Source: an uncultured Rhodothermales bacterium (GTDB lineage: Bacteria; Bacteroidota; Rhodothermia; Rhodothermales; VXPQ01). Taken from it: a stretch of DNA of 64,000 bases. Made by a program: the position numbers and the translations under genes. The notes under the pieces are model-generated. The model was not told the DNA's origin, did not search any database, and worked only from the letters and a program-made list of their open reading frames with translations. This document shows, in pieces, positions 58,908-64,000 of this stretch. The DNA is taken from positions 1 to 64,000 of the forward strand of contig CAZKNF010000002.1 of NCBI GenBank assembly GCA_964554105.1, in the 5' to 3' direction. The first letter of the stretch is position 1. Each line of letters begins with the position of its first letter.

Positions 58908-60284
58908 CTAGTCCCCTCGCTCGATGCCGTACTTATTCATCTTGTTGTAAAGGTGCGACCGCTGTATGCCAATGGAATCCGCCGTCCGGCTAACGTTCCA
59001 CTCGAAGTCGTTCAATTTCCTTTCGATGAATACCTTCTCTGCCATATCACGGAAGTCGCTGAACTCATCGTACTGTTCGAGGAGATTCTGGATGGGATCG
59101 GTCGTCGTCGCTCCCGGACGAACATAGCGGTCCACATCTTCAGCTTCGATTGCGTCGTCGGCGGTCAAAACGATGAGGCGCTCCACCACGTTCTGAAGCT
59201 CACGCACGTTGCCCCTCCACTCGTGTTTCTTCATACGTTCGAGGGCGTCGTCGAGAAAGTGCTTTCCCGGCATGCCGTTTCGCCGCGCGAGCCGATCACA
59301 GAAATGTCGGGCGATGATCGGAACGTCGTCCCGGCGCTCGCGAAGCGGCGGGACGTGGATGAGAATCACGCTGATGCGGTGGTACAGATCCTCGCGGAAG
59401 AGGTCTTCCTCCATTTGCTCCATCAGATCTTTATTCGTCGCGCAGATCACGCGGACGTCGACGCTGATATTCCGGTCACCGCCGACGCGCTGGATCTTGC
59501 TTTCCTGCAGCGCGCGAAGCACCTTCGCCTGAGCCGACAGGCTCATGTCACCGATTTCGTCGAGGAAGAGGGTTCCCCCGTGCGCCTGCTCGAACTTTCC
59601 GATGCGCTGCTTGGTCGCACCCGTGAATGCCCCCTTTTCGTGGCCGAACAGTTCGCTCTCGATAAGCTCACTCGGGATGGCCGCGCAGTTTACTTCGACC
59701 ATCGGATGCTCCTTTCGCGGGGACATATGATGGAGCCATTTCGCGACCAGCTCCTTGCCTGTCCCCGGCTCGCCGGTAATCAGGACGCGGGCCTCAGACG
59801 GCGCGACGCGTTCGATCGTGTCCTTGATACGCTTGATCCCTGAGCTCTCTCCGAGAATCGGCGTCAACTCACCGTCAAACTCTTCGATCGCCTGCCGCAT
59901 TCGGCGGTTGGCCACCTCGAGCTCGCCGCGGTCCAGCGCGTTCCGAACCGTCAGCAGCATGCGGTTCAGATCCGGCGGCTTCTCGATGAAATCGAATGCG
60001 CCGAGCTTCGTCGATTCGACCGCGGTCTCGATCGTGCCGTGCCCCGAGATCATTATAATGGGGACCTCGGGCATCTCCTCACGTGCCGTCTCGAGGACGT
60101 CCATGCCATCCCGCTTGGGCATCTTCACGTCCAGCATGACGAGGTCATACTGGTTGCCGCGCATCTTCTGCAGCGCCTCTTCACCGTCTACCGCCTCCTC
60201 GACCTCAAAATCCTCATACTCGAGGATTTCGCGCAAAGTGCGGCGAATACTTGGCTCGTCGTCAACAACGAGAATCGTGGGCAT
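58908..60284 (-). CDS. sigma-54-dependent response regulator (NtrC/Fis family)
   Basis: Receiver domain ([11 protein letters not shown]...[10 protein letters not shown]), AAA+ σ54-interaction domain ([11 protein letters not shown]...GAFTGA), C-terminal HTH. Confidence 0.85.
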   Translation of the reverse strand: MPTILVVDDEPSIRRTLREILEYEDFEVEEAVDGEEALQKMRGNQYDLVMLDVKMPKRDGMDVLETAREEMPEVPIIMISGHGTIETAVESTKLGAFDFIEKPPDLNRMLLTVRNALDRGELEVANRRMRQAIEEFDGELTPILGESSGIKRIKDTIERVAPSEARVLITGEPGTGKELVAKWLHHMSPRKEHPMVEVNCAAIPSELIESELFGHEKGAFTGATKQRIGKFEQAHGGTLFLDEIGDMSLSAQAKVLRALQESKIQRVGGDRNISVDVRVICATNKDLMEQMEEDLFREDLYHRISVILIHVPPLRERRDDVPIIARHFCDRLARRNGMPGKHFLDDALERMKKHEWRGNVRELQNVVERLIVLTADDAIEAEDVDRYVRPGATTTDPIQNLLEQYDEFSDFRDMAEKVFIERKLNDFEWNVSRTADSIGIQRSHLYNKMNKYGIERGD

Positions 60285-60301
60285 GAGGGCCTGTGACCTC
60301 T

Positions 60302-61006
60302 TTAGGAATTCTGCTTCGCTGCTGCGCGGGCAATATAAATGTCGGCTTGATTCGCAAGATCCGAATTCGGGTAATCTTCCCTGATCTGTTCGTACGCCGC
60401 CTGCGCCTGCGCGTATGCACCGGCAGCCTCGAAGGCGCGGCCGGCGCTTAACAGATACCGCGGAGACCCGAGCTCATTCTCAAAAAATCGGGCGGCATCC
60501 AGATAGCGATCGGCGGCGCGCTCATATTCTCCAAGATTTTCGTACACCGCCGCTTCACCGGCAAGCGCACTGGCGCCGATGAATCCGTCGATTCTATCGA
60601 ATGCCTGGAAATGCTCGAGCGCTCGATCGTATTCGCCGAGGTTGTAGAGCGCGTCGGCCGCGTAGAAATGAGCAAGATTCCCTGCGCTCGTACCGCCGTA
60701 CTGATCTGCGATCTCCAGCAGTCCGAGCCTGTCAGCCGTACCGTCCAGCGCCTCCTGATAGGATCCCTGTTCGTAAAGTCCGACCACGGCGCCCAGCATC
60801 TGCTCGGCCTCCTGGCTCTGCTGGTTCTGGTACAACACATACCCGACAATCCCCAGCACAACCACGAGGAGACCCGCGAGTATTCCGTATACCAGCGTTC
60901 GATTCTGGTCGAAATAGCCCCACGCCCGGGCATACCAGGTAATGACGGCATCCTCCCGGAGCTCGTGCCTCTTAGAAATTCTTTTCGGGGGATTTAGAGT
61001 AGACAT
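60302..61006 (-). CDS. membrane-anchored tetratricopeptide-repeat protein
   Basis: N-terminal TM helix followed by TPR-like helical repeats (YEQGSYQEALDG..., LGEYDRALEHFQA..., LGEYERAADRYLDAA...). Confidence 0.55.
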   Translation of the reverse strand: MSTLNPPKRISKRHELREDAVITWYARAWGYFDQNRTLVYGILAGLLVVVLGIVGYVLYQNQQSQEAEQMLGAVVGLYEQGSYQEALDGTADRLGLLEIADQYGGTSAGNLAHFYAADALYNLGEYDRALEHFQAFDRIDGFIGASALAGEAAVYENLGEYERAADRYLDAARFFENELGSPRYLLSAGRAFEAAGAYAQAQAAYEQIREDYPNSDLANQADIYIARAAAKQNS

Positions 61007-61229
61007 GAATCCTGAATTAGATTAACCATTGGAAGTGAGCGCCCGGCCGGATACACTCGCGGGGCGCATCCGTCGCACGAGCGTACAAAAGATCGACAAG
61101 ATCGGATTCGCCTGAACCGATTACAAGACGACGGACGGCTTGTACGCCGATCCAGAACATCGTTTCCCGTAAAAGGGCTTCCACAAATAAACGGCTCTTT
61201 TCTCGACACGAATTTCACTAAAATCAGCG

Positions 61230-61249
61230 TCTGCGATGTGGATCGCAGA
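61230..61249. promoter_or_regulatory. 8-bp-stem palindrome (TCTGCGAT-GTGG-ATCGCAGA) in the gap upstream region, ~60 bp before the gap start
   Basis: Perfect inverted repeat seen directly. GAPDH has a strong SD (AGGAG) 9 nt before its ATG. Confidence 0.3.
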
Positions 61250-61299
61250 TCTCCTCCATCCGTTTATTCTGAAACGACCTGTCGTTTTCACCTAATTAG

Positions 61300-62325
<1,026 letters not shown>

Positions 62326-62345
62326 AGCGTTCTTTCGGAAATTCT

Positions 62346-62385
62346 ACGGGAGAGTAAACATGTTTTGCTCTCCCGTTTCTATTTG
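62346..62385 (+). terminator. intrinsic-terminator-like hairpin between gap and pgk
   Basis: ACGGGAGAG-(13 nt)-CTCTCCCGT stem followed by TTTCTATTTG. Confidence 0.5.
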
Positions 62386-62411
62386 CGCCATTCAGAAATT
62401 TGCTCCACAGG

Positions 62412-63608
62412 ATGAATAAGCTCACCCTAGACGATCTCGACGTTTCCGGCAAACGCATCCTCGTCCGTGTCGATTTCAACGTACCCTTGGTGAAAGGACG
62501 AAACGGTAGCCTGACGGTAAGCGACGACAATCGAGTACGCGCCGCCCTTCCGACTATCCGCACTATCGCAGAACGCGGCGGCAAAGTGATTTTGATGAGC
62601 CATCTGGGTCGCCCGAAAGGTGAAACGAAACCGGAATTCTCCCTCTCTCCTGTCGGAGAACGACTCGAGGAGCTGTTGGGCAGCCCCGTTCGTTTCATCA
62701 GTGACTCGGGAGGGCAAGCCGTGGAGCAGGCCGTTCGAGAACTGCCCGAAGGTGGCGTAATCCTCCTCGAAAATACACGCTTTAATCCGGGCGAGACTGC
62801 AAACGATGAAGGCTACGCCTCACAGCTCGCCCAACTCGCCGATCTGTATGTGAACGATGCATTCGGATCGGCTCATCGCGCGCACGCATCCACCGAGGGC
62901 GTCACGCACAGGGTGGAACAGTCCGCAATGGGCTATCTGCTGCAGAAGGAGATCGATTACCTCTCCAAACTGCTGGAAGAGCCGGAGCATCCCTACGTGG
63001 CCGTACTTGGCGGCGCGAAGGTGAGCGACAAGATCGGCCTCATCGAAAATATGCTCGAATACGTCGATTCGCTGCTCATCGGCGGCGCGATGAGTTACAC
63101 TTTTCTAAAGTCGCTGGGCCACGACGTCGGGAGCTCAAAAGTGGAAGACGACAAGCTGGAGATCGCGCGCGACCTTTACGAGCGGGGAGAAACGAAGATC
63201 GTCCTGCCCACCGATCATGTTGCGGCGCGGTCGTTCGACAACGATGCAGAGCAGCAGACCGTGGAACGCGACATTCCGGATGGATGGATGGGTCTCGATA
63301 TCGGGCCTCGAACAATCGATGCATTTCAGGAAATTATCCGGGAGGGTCAAACCGTCGTCTGGAACGGGCCGATGGGAGTCTTCGAGATGTCGAATTTCGC
63401 AAAAGGTACCATTTCGATCGCCGAAGCAATGGCTGAGGCAACGCAGAGCGGCGCACTCACCGTCGTCGGCGGTGGTGATTCCGTCGCCGCAGTTACTCAG
63501 GCCGGCTTCGCCGATCAGATCAGCCACGTCTCTACCGGCGGCGGAGCGATGCTGGAATTTCTCGAAGGGAAGACCCTGCCGGGCATTGCCGCGTTGACCG
63601 ACAGGTAG
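62412..63608 (+). CDS. pgk: phosphoglycerate kinase
   Basis: MNKLTLDDLDVSGKRILVRVDFNVPL... is the PGK N-terminal signature. The ORF-track TTG start adds 4 aa. Confidence 0.9.
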   Translation: MNKLTLDDLDVSGKRILVRVDFNVPLVKGRNGSLTVSDDNRVRAALPTIRTIAERGGKVILMSHLGRPKGETKPEFSLSPVGERLEELLGSPVRFISDSGGQAVEQAVRELPEGGVILLENTRFNPGETANDEGYASQLAQLADLYVNDAFGSAHRAHASTEGVTHRVEQSAMGYLLQKEIDYLSKLLEEPEHPYVAVLGGAKVSDKIGLIENMLEYVDSLLIGGAMSYTFLKSLGHDVGSSKVEDDKLEIARDLYERGETKIVLPTDHVAARSFDNDAEQQTVERDIPDGWMGLDIGPRTIDAFQEIIREGQTVVWNGPMGVFEMSNFAKGTISIAEAMAEATQSGALTVVGGGDSVAAVTQAGFADQISHVSTGGGAMLEFLEGKTLPGIAALTDR

Positions 63609-63662
63609 ATTTTCGCCATCCGTTGGACTCTCAGACGCCGGACTGATCCACTATGACGTACG

Positions 63663-64000
63663 ACTCGATTTCGGATGTCGATTTTACGCTGGATGACGTA
63701 CCGTCGCTCTCGCGTCCGGGCCGCGTGCTGATGACGACGCCGGCGCATTTCGACGTCCAGTACGTCATCAACCCCCATATGGCGGATCACGTAGGCAAGG
63801 TGAACATCCGGGAGGCCGGGCGCCAGTGGCGCGTGCTGCAGGATGCCTACGAGTCGCTCGGTCTCACGGTGAATGTCATCGAAGGCATCGAAGGTCTTTT
63901 CGACATGGTCTTCTGTGCCAATCAGACGCTCCCCTATTATTTGCCGCGAGACGGCGCGCACGGCGTAGTTATGAGCCGCATGCACGCGCCGCAGCGCCGC
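63663..64000 (+). CDS. amidinotransferase/DDAH-superfamily protein (N-terminal fragment, continues past window end)
   Basis: ATG ORF MTYDSISDVDFTLDDVPSLSRPGRVLMTTPAHFDVQYVINPHM... with no stop before the window end. The (F/Y)xVxYxINPWM-like start is reminiscent of the amidinotransferase/DDAH-like family. Confidence 0.35.

Overview
High-GC (~62-65%) bacterial chromosomal segment with dense, mostly housekeeping coding content. Many proteins have acidic Asp/Glu-rich tails, the gap gene has a clear Shine-Dalgarno site, and a type IX secretion system (T9SS) is present, which together fit a Bacteroidota/Rhodothermota-like, possibly halophilic, organism (inference). About 50 genes were recognised from the translations. 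They include a dispersed heme-biosynthesis run on the minus strand (hemE, hemF, hemH, hemL) with a pseudouridine synthase embedded in it. There is an OsmC-NfeD-flotillin module, a long-form NagB fused to a LmbE-like deacetylase domain, mutL, tilS, hpt, cdsA, a tRNA-Arg(CCG) and gap-pgk. The most notable region is a ~15 kb co-directional minus-strand cluster: T9SS sortase porU, the T9SS outer-membrane protein porV, a 1054-aa T9SS cargo with FG-GAP-like repeats and a C-terminal T9SS sorting domain, a translationally coupled 1162-aa protein, then TlpA-like, DUF5683-like and a gltP-type symporter. The 1162-aa protein combines an HExxH metallopeptidase-like domain, TolB-like PD40 propeller repeats and a C-terminal β-barrel resembling the Omp85 (BamA/TpsB) family outer-membrane barrel (RGY-containing loop). 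This is an unusual architecture and may be a dedicated partner of the T9SS cargo. No CRISPR array, transposase or integrase was seen. Several ORF-track starts are in-frame upstream extensions beginning at GTG/TTG, and many long antisense ORFs are GC-driven artefacts.
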